IMG/VR virus record: IMGVR_UViG_3300049597_000059
DNA from: a virus
Lineage: Duplodnaviria > Heunggongvirae > Uroviricota > Caudoviricetes
Length of the DNA: 21,873 nt
Reading direction: 5' to 3' (one strand)
A program made the position numbers and the translations under genes. The notes beneath the pieces were generated by a model, which saw nothing but the letters and a program-made list of their open reading frames with translations, had not been told where the DNA came from and did no database searches. Positions 20,186 to 21,873 of the stretch are shown here, piece by piece (positions within the stretch are counted from its first letter, which is position 1; each line of letters opens with the position of its first letter).

Positions 20186-21873
20186 TTAGATATTAATCTC
20201 GCATCCTCCTGGACCACTACATGCAGCAATGGCACCAAAGTCTACAGTATCATCTAGTTCCATCACCTTTGTTAAGTCAATGGATTTCAATGATTTAATG
20301 CGGTTGTTGTATTCCTCTTCTGTGATGTCTTCAAAAGGAGCTTGTTTATACGTACCACCAAAGAATGGTAATACAGATAGACCATTGTACACCTCTCTAT
20401 TGTCCCACATCCAATTACCTACAGCTTGCCATTCATTTAACCAGCCCTCTTTTGATAATGTAAATTGACTTCCTTTACCATCAGACATGTTAATAGAAGT
20501 GTATTTTCTATCATTATCGATAGAGATTGTAGCACTTACATTGTGTGTGTTAGCTCCATTGTTATGACCTGCTTTAACCCATTCTGTAGAGAACTTCTTA
20601 ACACGTTCTAGTGTATCAAGTGCTGTCTCTGTACGTAGAATAGATCCTTCAGGGGCTGCAACAGGAATGCGTACACACACTGTATCCTTAGGACGTAACA
20701 CATCATCTTCACATAGTTCAGGATGGTTAATCTCTAAGTACATAGCAATGTCTTCATTCTTGTTAAATCTCATAGTTCTTAGATAGTGAGGAGCATGCCA
20801 AGCATGTATACCACTAGCTGTTCCTAACACAAGGCTAGTTGTACCTGATGGTTTAATACATGTGATACGAGCTGCTTCATTAGTACCAATAAGAGCTGAT
20901 AAATCCCTATTCATAGTTTTAGCTGTGTTAGCTACTAATTCTAGGTCATACTTCAAGATTTCTCCTGAACCAATACCAGTCATACCAATACCCAATAGAG
21001 CATCTTTCTGTGTAGTCTTTTGCCAGATAGGACGTAAGTAATGAAAGTCAAAGAACCCTGCTTGTAATGTACCAAAGAATGAAGCAATTGCTACTCTCTC
21101 ATTAAGATCGTCTTGATCCTTAACATCAGATACATTCACTTCACATAGGTTACAGAATTGGAAAGGTCTCAGACCTATTTCACAACAAGGATTAGTTCCC
21201 CAATCTAAGTCGTTAGACCAATAGATACCTGGTTCACCACTTCCTGATGCTTCAATTCTTTTCCATAGAGACATGAATTCTTCTTCACTCACCTCACCTC
21301 TTTTAAGGACAGCTGAGTTATTACTTCTACCACGTTGTTCATTAAGCTCCCACCAGTTGCCATACTTACATGTAATCATTTCCTCATCATCATGGCTGAA
21401 TAGGCTAATCATAGCACTTCTTCTAATACCACCTGCAAGGACACTGTTAGCAATGTGACACATGATATCATGGCATTCTAGAGGAGATAGTTTACTACCA
21501 TCTTCTTTACGCTCCATAATAGCATCAATGTGAGCTAATGCAATCTTTAATGGCTCAGGACCAGGTGCTTTACCACCAGCTGTTACAAGTCTAGCTCCTT
21601 TCTCACGGATAGCTCTAAAGTCAAACTTAGGCTTAAGACCACCCTCAAAATAGAACTTCATTAACACCTTCACAGCATCAGCCCATCCCATAATGCTATC
21701 CTCAATAAGATAGTTCTTATGCTTATAAGACTCTTGTTTCTTAACGGCTGGTAATTGAGCTACATGGTGCTTCTGTACAGAAAAACCAACACCTGAACCA
21801 CCTAATAATAAGAACATAGTCTCACTGAAGCTATACAGACTATCTACTGGCAGATAAGCACAGTTGTATCCCC
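20186..21873 (-). CDS. nrdJ: Class II (adenosylcobalamin-dependent) ribonucleotide reductase, monomeric RTPR-like, 5'-truncated
   Basis: Frame stays open past 21817 to the edge (GYNCAYLPVD). GSGVGFSV, GGIRRSA, GTNPCCEI, QFCNLCE, TCIKPSGT, C-terminal Cys pair ACSGPGGCEINI. Confidence 0.95.
   Translation of the reverse strand, partial: GYNCAYLPVDSLYSFSETMFLLLGGSGVGFSVQKHHVAQLPAVKKQESYKHKNYLIEDSIMGWADAVKVLMKFYFEGGLKPKFDFRAIREKGARLVTAGGKAPGPEPLKIALAHIDAIMERKEDGSKLSPLECHDIMCHIANSVLAGGIRRSAMISLFSHDDEEMITCKYGNWWELNEQRGRSNNSAVLKRGEVSEEEFMSLWKRIEASGSGEPGIYWSNDLDWGTNPCCEIGLRPFQFCNLCEVNVSDVKDQDDLNERVAIASFFGTLQAGFFDFHYLRPIWQKTTQKDALLGIGMTGIGSGEILKYDLELVANTAKTMNRDLSALIGTNEAARITCIKPSGTTSLVLGTASGIHAWHAPHYLRTMRFNKNEDIAMYLEINHPELCEDDVLRPKDTVCVRIPVAAPEGSILRTETALDTLERVKKFSTEWVKAGHNNGANTHNVSATISIDNDRKYTSINMSDGKGSQFTLSKEGWLNEWQAVGNWMWDNREVYNGLSVLPFFGGTYKQAPFEDITEEEYNNRIKSLKSIDLTKVMELDDTVDFGAIAACSGPGGCEINI

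Noticed and set aside
15211-21458. Plus-strand ORFs 15211, 16258, 16383, 17020, 17205, 20229, 21273
   Set aside because: Antisense to the tightly packed minus-strand operon.
20186-21873. Intein or intron in nrdJ (and likewise recA)
   Set aside because: Catalytic motifs are contiguous at normal spacing in the visible parts.

Overview
AT-rich segment of a large tailed-phage genome whose host is probably a Bacteroidota bacterium. That host call is inferred from five TTG-N19/20-TAnnTTTG promoters, A-rich start contexts without Shine-Dalgarno motifs and TAATG-coupled genes. Three blocks are visible. (1) <1-3137, minus strand: one uninterrupted ORF of at least 1045 codons that the ORF track missed because it runs off the left edge. 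By hand translation it fuses a SAM methyltransferase, a DxD GT-A domain, a GT4-type GT-B domain and a TibC/Aah-like heptosyltransferase domain. (2) 3196-13347, plus strand: DUF6165- and DUF2061-like genes; an expanded lysis cassette around a GH19 endolysin; a Gly-Thr-Ser collagen-like protein; a SERGT1/HPAT (GT96)-like glycosyltransferase between two Thr/Ser mucin-like ORFs; a ferritin-like protein; and a run of very basic small proteins sharing a KKAQxG motif. The block ends at a bidirectional terminator. (3) 13380->21873, minus strand: two GT2 enzymes, an LpxA-like acyltransferase, GroES, two adjacent candidate nucleotide-sponge anti-defence proteins, HNH proteins, a DnaA-domain-IV-like HTH protein, dUTPase, RecA and a class II ribonucleotide reductase (5'-truncated). 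A relic second copy of the reductase C-terminus lies about 300 bp downstream. The best candidate for a new system is a phage protein O-glycosylation apparatus with its own Ser/Thr-rich substrates. No tRNA, rRNA or CRISPR array was seen. All family assignments come from motif recognition by eye, not from database searches.
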